Part shown: piece after piece, positions 8,612-17,592 of the stretch
Position numbering within the stretch: position 1 is the stretch's first letter
Layout: the number at the start of each line of letters is the position of its first letter
Virus record (IMG/VR): IMGVR_UViG_3300043932_000276
Coordinates: 1-30,505 of that record
Source: a virus
Lineage: Duplodnaviria > Caudoviricetes
Reading direction: 5' to 3' (one strand)
DNA length: 30,505 bases
Notes under the pieces: model-generated
What the model was told of the DNA's origin: nothing
The model's input: the letters and a program-made list of their open reading frames with translations, nothing else
The model's database searches: none
Program-made: the position numbers and the translations under genes

Positions 8612-9157
8612 CTAGCCCTCCTTGCCCTCGTCGGTGAGGCCTGCGATTCTCTCCCAGCGCTTCATGTACTGGTCGTCAGAGCCACCGGATGCGCCCGCCG
8701 GCTCCAGACCGGTGGCGCCGCCTTGGCCCGGGTCTCCGGCGTCGAAGAGCCACGGCTCGGCCTTCGCGAGCGCGGCGACGTCTCCGTCGTGCTCTGCCAG
8801 GAGCGCCTTCGCGGCGGTGACGGAGCGGGCGCCCGCGCTTCTGAGCGCGAACTCCGTGCGCTCGTCGGCGAGGCGGGCCTTCAGGTCGGCGATCTCCTTG
8901 CCGAGCGCCTCGGTGGCTTCTGCCGTCTTGGCGGCCTCGGCAACCTTCGCCTGGAGCGCCTCGATCTCGGCGTCCTTGGCCTTGAGCTGTGCGACGTAGT
9001 CGGTGCCGTCGTCCCCGTTCACCGCGTCCTTCTGGGGCGCCTGCTGGCCCTGCTTCGACTGCGCGCCGACGCCCTGCTCCTGCCCGCCCTGGTGCTGGTT
9101 CTCGCCCTGCCCGACCTGGTCCTGCGCCTGCTGCACGCCACTGGGCTCATCCTCCAT
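8612..9157 (-). CDS. Capsid scaffolding protein (181 aa)
   Basis: RBS GAAAGG, acidic coiled coil with AL..AGA....AAKALL...EPWLF, immediately upstream of the capsid gene. Confidence 0.82.
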   Translation of the reverse strand: MEDEPSGVQQAQDQVGQGENQHQGGQEQGVGAQSKQGQQAPQKDAVNGDDGTDYVAQLKAKDAEIEALQAKVAEAAKTAEATEALGKEIADLKARLADERTEFALRSAGARSVTAAKALLAEHDGDVAALAKAEPWLFDAGDPGQGGATGLEPAGASGGSDDQYMKRWERIAGLTDEGKEG

Positions 9158-9185
9158 TGCGACCGCCTTTCCGCGTCGTGCGGGC

Positions 9186-9221
9186 AAAGAAAAATGCCCG
9201 CACCTTCTAGGTACGGGCATT
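9186..9221 (-). terminator. Intrinsic terminator after the Abi gene
   Basis: Minus strand reads AATGCCCGTACCTAGAAGGTGCGGGCATT followed by TTTCTTT. Confidence 0.75.
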
Positions 9222-9237
9222 GTCCTGGGGTGTCACA
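9219..9237 (-). promoter_or_regulatory. Putative late promoter for the head/baseplate operon
   Basis: TGTGAC-ACCCCAG-GACAAT. Confidence 0.65.
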
Positions 9238-9268
9238 AGGGGGTCCTAGGATGCGAGGATTAAGGGCG

Positions 9269-10105
9269 CTACTTCAACAATCCTTGGCTTTTGCGCCACT
9301 CATACGTCTCCCAGTAATACTCAACGAGAGTCAGGCAGCTCCCAACGGCGAGCTTTGCGTGGCGAACGGGAAGGGGCTGAAACTGTGCGGTGTGCCCATG
9401 GCCGTCCCCATAGGCATTGCGAAATTCAATGACGCCGGTCGCAAGACCCTGAAGGCTACCGAGGATTTGCTTAACGATCTTACCTTCGGGACCATTCGTA
9501 TCTACATCGCCGACGGCGACTTTGAGCAGCTTCGCAGCCTCTTTAGATAACCTCGGGGCATCCCAGTCGTCTGGTATGCCAATGCCTTGGTTGGCAAGAA
9601 TCGTCTTGCAGCAGCTCTCGAGAACTTCTTTTGATTTGCCAATGGCATCAGTCGGATGCTCGGTGCGCATCTTCATAAGAAGGTCGATCTGCTCGTTCAT
9701 GGACTCGCTTGAGAATTCTTTCTTGATGAAGTCTGCCGATTGCTTGTACGGCGATGCGATAGATTTCTCGCGCTCAACGAACTTCTTGCATTGACGGTAT
9801 CGGGGACCGTAGTTCCTGTCCGCATACTGGGGATGCGGGTAGTCATCCCAGCTCTCAAACTCGCACTGGTATCGAGTCTCGTAGTATTCGAAGAGGTCGA
9901 AAAGAAGGTGCTGTGAGTCGACGAGGCTGGCTTCGTTGATATAGGCAACAAGGGACTTCCCCTTTGAGAGTCGATAGTGCTCGCACAGGGGGATTCCCAC
10001 TGAGCCCAGGGTAAAGGTGTCGAACTCATTCGTGCTGAAGTCGAGAACCCAGCCGCCCCTGTTAAAGAGGTCGCAGAGAAGGCCCATTTCGTTCTTGCTA
10101 AGCAT
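9269..10105 (-). CDS. Abortive infection family protein (AbiJ-like N-terminus + Abi_C/HEPN-like C-terminus)
   Basis: FNRGGWVLDFS...F..FT...SKGKSL at the N-terminus and AIGKSKE.LESCCKTIL...E.RN.YG.GHG at the C-terminus. Confidence 0.85.
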   Translation of the reverse strand: MLSKNEMGLLCDLFNRGGWVLDFSTNEFDTFTLGSVGIPLCEHYRLSKGKSLVAYINEASLVDSQHLLFDLFEYYETRYQCEFESWDDYPHPQYADRNYGPRYRQCKKFVEREKSIASPYKQSADFIKKEFSSESMNEQIDLLMKMRTEHPTDAIGKSKEVLESCCKTILANQGIGIPDDWDAPRLSKEAAKLLKVAVGDVDTNGPEGKIVKQILGSLQGLATGVIEFRNAYGDGHGHTAQFQPLPVRHAKLAVGSCLTLVEYYWETYEWRKSQGLLK

Positions 10106-10115
10106 ATGGGGCGTC

Positions 10116-10925
10116 CTAACTCAGAAACTTTCCTAGGGCCCCCATAGCCAAAGGAAGTAGCACCTTGGCCAGGTCAGAGCTGCTCTTTGCCAGGCTTGCC
10201 AGCTTCTCGAGCTTTTCCGAGAAGGTCATTTGGTCACGGGTGCTGGAAGCGGCATCAAGATCCTTGGCCGCCTTGAGAGCCTGCTCCTTCAAACCGCTGT
10301 CAACGCCATCTATGTCTATGATTGCCTTCAGCGTTGTAGTAAGGGAGACGTCCTTGACGTTTACACTGGAGTCGGAGGAAGACTCAGCGTGCGAGGCGGC
10401 ATCGATGTTAATCGTGGGAGTGAACTTGTTGATGATTTTGGTGCCGCTTTCCGAGCCCATCTGATCTAGGAACCATCCTTCCGCATAGCTTCGGCCATTG
10501 TCGGTCACGATGGCCGACGTGAGCGTGTCGTCCGCTGCTAGTCCGTCTATGAGCCCGTGTCGCTTCAATGTCCAGTAATCGACGATGCGGTCTTCGTCCA
10601 CAGTGACGAACTGCATTTCGCCTGCTTTCTTGAGGGCCTTATCCTCGGCTGCCAGCTCAAGAGCGAGCTCGTCTGCCTCATCGTCGAAGGCTATGAAGGC
10701 GCGGCGCTGTGCCCTGGCTGTATCATAGTGCGATGCGCCAGAGCTGGTCAGGTTCTGAAAGTAGACATGGCCGCTAAAATCGGCCTCAGCCTTTATGAGT
10801 CCCCGCTCTCTGAGTGTCATCGCCCCGCGGGAGTGCTTCTTGCATACCGGCTGGCCGAAAGGGCCATCCTGGTGCAGGTACAGGTAGGCGAGGGCCGCCT
10901 CCTGCTCAACAGTCAAACCGTTCAA
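10116..10925 (-). CDS. Hypothetical cargo protein (269 aa)
   Basis: TTG start with an AGGAG RBS. Two winged-helix-like segments and an amphipathic C-terminus; 10 bp upstream of the Abi gene. Confidence 0.7.
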   Translation of the reverse strand: MNGLTVEQEAALAYLYLHQDGPFGQPVCKKHSRGAMTLRERGLIKAEADFSGHVYFQNLTSSGASHYDTARAQRRAFIAFDDEADELALELAAEDKALKKAGEMQFVTVDEDRIVDYWTLKRHGLIDGLAADDTLTSAIVTDNGRSYAEGWFLDQMGSESGTKIINKFTPTINIDAASHAESSSDSSVNVKDVSLTTTLKAIIDIDGVDSGLKEQALKAAKDLDAASSTRDQMTFSEKLEKLASLAKSSSDLAKVLLPLAMGALGKFLS

Positions 10926-11086
10926 ATAAAACTCCTAGTCATCCAAATACCGCTAAGGCGATGTATGGGGTTGAAAGCACCGCCAGGGTGTTTTACCTTG
11001 CTAGATGTAATGGAGGAGGCAAGCCCGCCAGAACCCGCCTCCTCACGCAGTGCATAGGGCCTCGAGGGGAGAGTACCTTTGGGGCC

Positions 11087-11197
11087 CTACTTCTTTCTCA
11101 CGCGAACGTGAACGTGCCGGGTGACGGTGCCGGTCTTCACGATGCGACCGCTCTTAGTAACCCGGAACTTGGGAATTCGTACCTTAACCGTAGCCAT
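11087..11197 (-). CDS. 36-aa highly basic micro-protein
   Basis: RBS GAAAGGTGG precedes MATVKVRIPKFRVTKSGRIVKTGTVTRHVHVRVRKK*. Confidence 0.6.
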   Translation of the reverse strand: MATVKVRIPKFRVTKSGRIVKTGTVTRHVHVRVRKK

Positions 11198-11398
11198 AGA
11201 ACACCACCTTTCAGCGCTATCGAAATCGTTCCGTTCCGTCTGGGGCCGTGGTTTGCCGGTCACCTCCTCGCGAATTGGGACACAGCTCGGGCGTCTATGG
11301 GGAAGATAGCAGGAAGTCATGTGATTTACAATCCTTGTCCCAAAACAAGTTTACTTTGTCCTATACTGTCTTTGTCAGGAACTAGGATAGGGACAGCC

Positions 11399-12445
11399 AT
11401 GAAGAAGCGCAACGTCATCAACCTCATCAGGTATCACGAGGAACGCAACGAGTCCGCCTTCCGCAGCGAGGCGGCCGAGATAGCGCGTGACTTCGACGCC
11501 AGCGGGGACTATCAGCTCGCCGAATACATCATGGCGCTCGTCTCGGACGCGAATGCCTTCGTGCCGCAATCCGATGACGAGGGCGGATTCTTCCGCAAGC
11601 TCGAACCCTCCTCTTCGCCGCTGCCGCTGCCCGAGGCCATTTCGGCGGACGTGACAGGCATCTGCAACGCCATCGCGCACAACGCCGGCGTCAACAAGTT
11701 CCTCTTCCAGGGCCCTCCGGGGACGGGTAAGACTGAGACGGCGCGACAGATTTCCCGCATCGTCGGCCGGGAGCTCTTCGCGGTCGACTTCAACGTGGTC
11801 ATAGACAGCAAGCTCGGCCAGACGGCCAAGAACATCGGAAGCCTCTTCGAGCAGATCAACTCCCTACGCTTCCCCGAGCGCGCAATCATCCTCTTCGACG
11901 AGATCGATGCCCTCGCACTCGACCGCATCGATACGCATGACGTGAGGGAGATGGGACGGGCGACCTCGGCGCTGCTGCGGGAGCTCGACGCTATGAGCGA
12001 CCAGGTGGTGCTCATCGCGACGACGAACCTCTACGGCTCCCTGGACAAGGCGCTTTCGAGGCGCTTCGACGCGATCATCGACTTCGGGCGATACACGCGC
12101 GAGGACCTGCTCGATATCGCGGACGTGCTCCTCAGCGGGCTCCTCCAGAGGTTCAGGGGGGCGGGCCGCGACATGCGCCTGTTCAGGAAGATCATGTCGC
12201 AGATGGAGGAGATTCCCTATCCCGGTGAGCTCAAGAACATGCTCAGGAGCGCTCTGGCGTTCAGCAGCCCCGATGACCCCTACGACTACCTGCGCAGGCT
12301 CTATGCCCAGGCCTGCCCCGGATCGCCTGTGAGCGATCTCGCGCGCCTGCGGGAGCAGGGGTTCACGATGAGGGAGATCGAGAAGCTGTCGGGCGTCCCG
12401 AGGAGCACGGTGTCACGCGAGCTGAAGGGGGGCTCCGATGAATGA
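11399..12445 (+). CDS. AAA+ ATPase with C-terminal HTH (IetA-like)
   Basis: Walker A GPPGTGKT, Walker B ILFDEID, ATTN..LD.AL.RRFD, and C-terminal GFTMREIEKLSGVPRSTVSRELK. Confidence 0.9.
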   Translation: MKKRNVINLIRYHEERNESAFRSEAAEIARDFDASGDYQLAEYIMALVSDANAFVPQSDDEGGFFRKLEPSSSPLPLPEAISADVTGICNAIAHNAGVNKFLFQGPPGTGKTETARQISRIVGRELFAVDFNVVIDSKLGQTAKNIGSLFEQINSLRFPERAIILFDEIDALALDRIDTHDVREMGRATSALLRELDAMSDQVVLIATTNLYGSLDKALSRRFDAIIDFGRYTREDLLDIADVLLSGLLQRFRGAGRDMRLFRKIMSQMEEIPYPGELKNMLRSALAFSSPDDPYDYLRRLYAQACPGSPVSDLARLREQGFTMREIEKLSGVPRSTVSRELKGGSDE

Positions 12446-14645
12446 CCTCCTCGAGCTCAAGGGCCAGTTCCAGCACAGCAAAGCCCAGCAGCCCGGCGCC
12501 CCGGAGCTGCCGAGGGGCCAGAAGGTAACCTCGGATAAGTTGCGCTCGCTCGCCAGCGACTTGTCCCGCATCCGGGACTACTTCGAGGAACAAGGCGTAT
12601 CGTTCGGCCCCCTCGTGAGCGCCCACTACAGGACGGTCGTGGCAAAAAGCAACCGGATTCGCAGAATCCTGGGGAGCGACGGCAACGCGAGCAGGCACAT
12701 CGTCGGGGCGAGGTTCGAGGGCGAGGGTGCTGACACGCACCATGTCATCACCTACTGCGTCGGCGCAGACGTGCTCGACGAGAGCATCGACGTTCTGGCG
12801 GCGTGCGCCAACGTCGTAGACGAGCGCTTTGCTGGGGCGATTGACGACGAGGGCCTGAGGAGGGTCAACGCGGGGGGACTGAGGGAAGACGCGGGCATCA
12901 AGAAGTCGGCATTCGCCCAGATAATACGCGACGCTCACTACGTGACGCGGTTCGACGTGCAGACCACCACGAGGGACATCGACGAACCGGCAGTCGTGAG
13001 CATATACGACGTCGGATATCGTGACGTGCGAGCCTTCCTCGCGGACCTCGGCCTCGCCCTCACACCCGACAGGGTGCTGGGCAACTCGTTAAGGCTCAAT
13101 GCCGACGAGTACGCGAGGCTCGCTTCCCGCTATCCCTACCTGGTGTCGATGGCCGTATCGGACATTTCGCTCCTCACACAGGACGATTTCGATATAGAGC
13201 GGCCAGAGGTCGCAAGCATTCCCGAACCCGGCGACGAGCCGATCATCGGCGTCATCGACACCCCTTTCGATGACCGGGTCTACTTCGCTGACTGGGTGGA
13301 GGACCACAACCTCATTCCGGAGGAGATCGGAACAGAGTATAGCGACATGGTCCACGGGACGGCTGTGACGTCCATCATCGTCGACGGGCCGAACATCGAA
13401 CCCGACCTCAATGATGGCTGCGGGCGCTTCCGTGTCAGGCACTTCGGGGTCGCCAAGGGAGAGCGTTCGAGTTCGTTTGGCTTCATGAGGCGGGTCAAGG
13501 AAATCGTTGAGCAGAACCGCGATATCAAGGTGTGGAACATCTCGCAGGGGTCGATGCTAGAGATAGAGCGCAACTCCGTGTCGCCAGAAGGCGCCATCCT
13601 CGATGACCTGCAGGCAAGGTTCGATGACATCGTGTTCGTGGTGGCGGGGACGAATCAGACGATCAATGGGAACCAGGTCAAGATTGGTGCACCGGCTGAC
13701 TCGATAAACTCCCTCGTCGTGAATGCGACGGACTTCTTAGGTCGGACGGCGAGCTATTCGCGTAGGGGCCCGGTCCTCGACTTCTTCAAGAAGCCGGACG
13801 TGTGTGCGGTCGGTGGCGACAGGGACCGGCCCATGCACCTTTGCGTGGGCACTGGCGAGACCTTCAAGTCTGGCACGTCCTTTGCGGCCCCCTGGGTTGC
13901 GCGCAAGATGGCCTACCTCATGCAGGTGATGGGGCTGCCCCGCGAGGTTGCGAAGGCGCTTATCATCGATTCGGCGGCTGGCTGGGACTACAGGGCCGAC
14001 AGGTATCGAGGCTATGGCCAGGTCCCGATAAGGATTGAGGACGTGGTGGAGGCCCAGAACGACGAGATAAGGTTCTTCCTCGCTGGGTCGGCTGACGAGT
14101 TTCTCACCTACAACTACGGCATCCCCGTGCCAATAGTAAAGGAAAAGTATCCCTACGTGGCCAGGGCAACACTCTGCTACTTCCCGAAGTGCGACAGGCG
14201 CCAGGGCGCGGACTACACCAGCACGGAGATGGACCTCCACTTCGGGCGAATAGACAACAGGGGGAAATTGAAGGCGCTCGATAACAACCGCCAGGGCGAG
14301 GAGGGCTACACGACCACCGAGGAGGTTGCGCGAAAGAACTACCGCAAGTGGGACAACGTCAAGCACATCGGCGAAGCGTTCGGGGGCAACGTTCGCGAGC
14401 GCAAGGCCTACGACACGGGGATGTGGGGAATCAAGATACGTACGACGGAGCGCGGAGATGAGAAGCTTGGCCGTGGCATGAGATTCGGTGCGGTAGTCAC
14501 GTTGAAGGAAATCAACGGGGTTAACCGTATAGATGACTTCATCCAACGGTGCGCCCTCAGAGGTTGGATTGTCAACCGGGTTGACGTCCAGAACCGCATT
14601 GATATATACAACGCCGCCGAAGTAGTTCTACATTTTGATGAATGA
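12438..14645 (+). CDS. S8 subtilisin-like serine protease (IetS-like)
   Basis: Catalytic triad motifs IGVIDT, HGTAV and SGTSFAAP; 8-nt overlap with the ATPase gene. Confidence 0.92.
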   Translation: MNDLLELKGQFQHSKAQQPGAPELPRGQKVTSDKLRSLASDLSRIRDYFEEQGVSFGPLVSAHYRTVVAKSNRIRRILGSDGNASRHIVGARFEGEGADTHHVITYCVGADVLDESIDVLAACANVVDERFAGAIDDEGLRRVNAGGLREDAGIKKSAFAQIIRDAHYVTRFDVQTTTRDIDEPAVVSIYDVGYRDVRAFLADLGLALTPDRVLGNSLRLNADEYARLASRYPYLVSMAVSDISLLTQDDFDIERPEVASIPEPGDEPIIGVIDTPFDDRVYFADWVEDHNLIPEEIGTEYSDMVHGTAVTSIIVDGPNIEPDLNDGCGRFRVRHFGVAKGERSSSFGFMRRVKEIVEQNRDIKVWNISQGSMLEIERNSVSPEGAILDDLQARFDDIVFVVAGTNQTINGNQVKIGAPADSINSLVVNATDFLGRTASYSRRGPVLDFFKKPDVCAVGGDRDRPMHLCVGTGETFKSGTSFAAPWVARKMAYLMQVMGLPREVAKALIIDSAAGWDYRADRYRGYGQVPIRIEDVVEAQNDEIRFFLAGSADEFLTYNYGIPVPIVKEKYPYVARATLCYFPKCDRRQGADYTSTEMDLHFGRIDNRGKLKALDNNRQGEEGYTTTEEVARKNYRKWDNVKHIGEAFGGNVRERKAYDTGMWGIKIRTTERGDEKLGRGMRFGAVVTLKEINGVNRIDDFIQRCALRGWIVNRVDVQNRIDIYNAAEVVLHFDE

Positions 14646-16893
14646 CCATTCTGGGGTAATTGCGATAGTGGTAGGAAAAAGAGAAGAAAAGAGCGACATG
14701 AACGATAACGCAGGAGAAGAATATACGGCAATAATGCCTTTTGACAGCCTATATCAGGCTTCAAAAAAAGAGGCAAGTAGGAAAAAGCCAGTCTTTTTCA
14801 TACATAAATACTTCGCTCGAAGAATAACTGCTAATTTCAGAATGGCCTTGTTAGGTTTTATGGCAAGTCGAAATGACGACGTCTTAAAACAATTCTATGA
14901 GCCTTCACCTAATCGGGAAGATATTACTGTTTTAGACCCGTTTATGGGCGGTGGTACGACAATCCTTGAGGCCCTCAGATTTGGATGCAAAGTAATAGGC
15001 AATGACTTACAGCCACTGTCTTTATTCGTGACGAGAGCTCTCGTAGAGCCAATGGATACAAAAGCCGTTGATGCAGCGGTAAGATACCTCGGGAGAACAG
15101 TCGGCAAAGAGATACAAAACTATTACAAGACAAAGTGCCCTTGCTGCGGTGAAACAGCAGATGTCATGTATACCTTTCATGTCAAAAAGGTAAAAACAGG
15201 GGGACAATGCAAAGAGCATAGATTTTTTTCAACTTTTATTTTGGCATATAAAAAGGGCGAATTTACTGTCGTATGTCCAGAATGCGGGAGAGTATCCAAG
15301 ACAACGTTCAAGGACGGTCCTTTCCACTGTGAGTGTGGATGGGAACTGAAGGATCCTCATAGTTCATATGTCAAGAACGGTGTATTTACATGTCCGAAGT
15401 GTGGCGAGTCGAGGGTTCTATCCGAATACAGTAATGACCCTGACTCTGGGTATCCTTTTGCAACAGATATCGTTGCTCTAGAGTATTACTGCCCAAATTG
15501 TGGCGCCCATGATTACAAGCAGCCAGACTACGAAGACAAAGCTCTCTATGAAAAAGCAAAGGCTGATTACTGCAAGTATGCTGAATCACTTCCGATACCC
15601 CAGCAGGTGATTCCAGCGGGCTATAACACAAACCAGATAATTAACCATGGATATCGAAAGTTCAAGGAGCTTTTTAATGAACGGCAGCTGCTTTGCTTAG
15701 GTCTACTTTTAGATGCGATTAACGGAATAGATGACAAGCAGACCCAACTCTGGTTACAACTCGCATTCTCCGGAATGCTAGAAATGAATACGATGTTTTG
15801 CCGATACCAACAGAATGCGTATAAGATATGCAACATTTTCTTTAATCATGCCTATGTTCCTATCACTATGCCAGTCGAGAATTGTGTTTGGGGAACAAAG
15901 CTGGGAACCGGAACCTTTATCAAAACAATCAAGAAAATTGAGCGTGGAAAAAAGTTCAATAGCAATATGTATGATATTTCAGTTGTGAAGAATAATGAAG
16001 GTAGATATGATTCGGTGAAGAACTTCAACGGGGATCAGGTAGCTGCTACACCAGTTACAGTATTCGATAAAGTTGACGGACAACACCCACTTTTAAGATG
16101 CTCGGATTCCCGAGATCTTTCTTTTATTCCGGACGCTTCAGTAGATTTGGTACTGACTGACCCTCCTTATGGGGCAAATGTCATGTATTCAGAACTAATA
16201 GACTTTTTTCATGTTTGGAATTATAAAAGCACGCTGGCCGACGACTTGGGCTTTACGGAACCGCTTTCTCCTAAATCAAAAGAGATTGTTGTTAATCCGG
16301 TCGCCGGAAAAGACATTCAGTATTACGAAGAGGGTCTCACGAAGGTACTTGAAAGATGCCATGATAAGGTACGGGATAGTGGGTATTTAGTCTTCTCGTT
16401 TCACGATAAGCATCTGGAAAGTTGGCTGGCGGTTCTGGAAAGTGTCTGCAAAGGCGGTTTCAAGTTGGTGAAATGCTACCCGGTGCAGTCTGAAACAAGA
16501 ACTGGCGCGCATACATCAAACAAGAATTCAATAGGAATTGATTTAATGCTTGTTTGCAAGAAGATTTCGTTAAACGATGCGGGTGGCACCGTGCCAGGGA
16601 TAGATGTAAAAGACGCCAGTTTACAAACGATGAAGTATCTTTGCAAAACACTCGATAGGCTAGAATCCGTAGAGGCGGAGATAACGTTGCCTGATATGCA
16701 AAACATTGCTATCGCGTACTACTATTCCGTACTGCCTACAGCTTGCCTTACTGACGAAAACTGGCGACGCGTTGCAGTTAAAGAACTTAAGCAAACCCTG
16801 AGAAATGTAGAGGGGTTGTCAAAAGACTACACAATCGCTGATAAAAGGACTGGCTGGTGGTCTGAGCTCTATAAAAAGAAATGGGATGTATGA
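14638..16893 (+). CDS. Large amino-methyltransferase, probably m6A, with Zn-ribbon insert (COG1743/DUF1156-like); alternative start at 14698
   Basis: HKYFARR, motif I DPFMGGGT, multiple CxxC and motif IV TDPPY; visibly AT-rich. Confidence 0.87.
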   Translation: MNDHSGVIAIVVGKREEKSDMNDNAGEEYTAIMPFDSLYQASKKEASRKKPVFFIHKYFARRITANFRMALLGFMASRNDDVLKQFYEPSPNREDITVLDPFMGGGTTILEALRFGCKVIGNDLQPLSLFVTRALVEPMDTKAVDAAVRYLGRTVGKEIQNYYKTKCPCCGETADVMYTFHVKKVKTGGQCKEHRFFSTFILAYKKGEFTVVCPECGRVSKTTFKDGPFHCECGWELKDPHSSYVKNGVFTCPKCGESRVLSEYSNDPDSGYPFATDIVALEYYCPNCGAHDYKQPDYEDKALYEKAKADYCKYAESLPIPQQVIPAGYNTNQIINHGYRKFKELFNERQLLCLGLLLDAINGIDDKQTQLWLQLAFSGMLEMNTMFCRYQQNAYKICNIFFNHAYVPITMPVENCVWGTKLGTGTFIKTIKKIERGKKFNSNMYDISVVKNNEGRYDSVKNFNGDQVAATPVTVFDKVDGQHPLLRCSDSRDLSFIPDASVDLVLTDPPYGANVMYSELIDFFHVWNYKSTLADDLGFTEPLSPKSKEIVVNPVAGKDIQYYEEGLTKVLERCHDKVRDSGYLVFSFHDKHLESWLAVLESVCKGGFKLVKCYPVQSETRTGAHTSNKNSIGIDLMLVCKKISLNDAGGTVPGIDVKDASLQTMKYLCKTLDRLESVEAEITLPDMQNIAIAYYYSVLPTACLTDENWRRVAVKELKQTLRNVEGLSKDYTIADKRTGWWSELYKKKWDV

Positions 16894-16953
16894 TTGTTTG
16901 GGATTCATTAGCTAGTTAGTTAGTCAAACCGATTGGCGATTATTCCGTTGGAG

Positions 16954-16994
16954 ATAGATAACGGGACCATACAAGGTATGGTCCCGTTATCTAT
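16954..16994. terminator. Perfect 19-bp inverted repeat between the convergent MTase and REase genes
   Basis: ATAGATAACGGGACCATAC-AAG-GTATGGTCCCGTTATCTAT. Confidence 0.75.
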
Positions 16995-17001
16995 GGGCGT
17001 T

Positions 17002-17592
17002 TTACCTCCCGTAAAGCAGCTTTAGCTTGTGATTCCAGGCATCATTGTCAAGAGTCGAATTCTGACCAGTGGCAGCAACCTGAGCTTTCCAATCATTGTG
17101 ATCAAGCCACCCAAATTTTATTCTCTTTATTGAAGGAGTTGGGTTCGAGACTTCGTATTTTTCAAAGTTGATTGCTAGGTAATACCCGTATTTCTGTTTA
17201 CCAGAATTATGGATACTATTCTTTTGTCCATAGCTACGGTTGCCGAAGATCTTGTTTTGAGATGACGTTTTAATCTCAATCGAATAACTATCATCTGGAA
17301 TATAAACAACATCCTTGTCGCTTTTATCTTGTTCTGCTTTCCACTCAGCAGGATGGCTAATGGCTAAAAGTGCTGCGATAAGCATGTGGAGGTAGTTTCC
17401 AGTTATTTGCGGACTCGGAAATACATCTTTGCCTATTTGGAGGAGTCCACCAATCTTCGTATCCCTGATGCGCTCCCAAGCATCAATCGTGACATTGACT
17501 ATTTCCTTTTCGCTAAGAGGATGCGCATTGATAAGGTTTTGTGTTATTCGGTCCCACTCTTGAACTGGATGGCCATAGTAAGGTGATTCCAT
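17002..17592 (-). CDS. ScaI-family type II restriction endonuclease (196 aa)
   Basis: SPY.G....EW..IT..LI..HPL...P.PQI.G..LH...DKD.VY.PD...SIEIKTSS...IFGNRSY (PD-(D/E)xK); convergent with the MTase. Confidence 0.82.
   Translation of the reverse strand: MESPYYGHPVQEWDRITQNLINAHPLSEKEIVNVTIDAWERIRDTKIGGLLQIGKDVFPSPQITGNYLHMLIAALLAISHPAEWKAEQDKSDKDVVYIPDDSYSIEIKTSSQNKIFGNRSYGQKNSIHNSGKQKYGYYLAINFEKYEVSNPTPSIKRIKFGWLDHNDWKAQVAATGQNSTLDNDAWNHKLKLLYGR

Noticed and set aside
312-9550. Long plus-strand ORFs (312-2171, 1417-3162, 5367-7250, 7718-9550)
   Set aside because: They are antisense shadows of GC-rich minus-strand phage genes, R/P/A-rich and without motifs.
10814-11398. N-terminal extensions given by the ORF track (ATPase; likewise integrase, TerL, Tal and RBP)
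   Set aside because: Recognisable domains, RBS positions and gene overlaps support the downstream starts.
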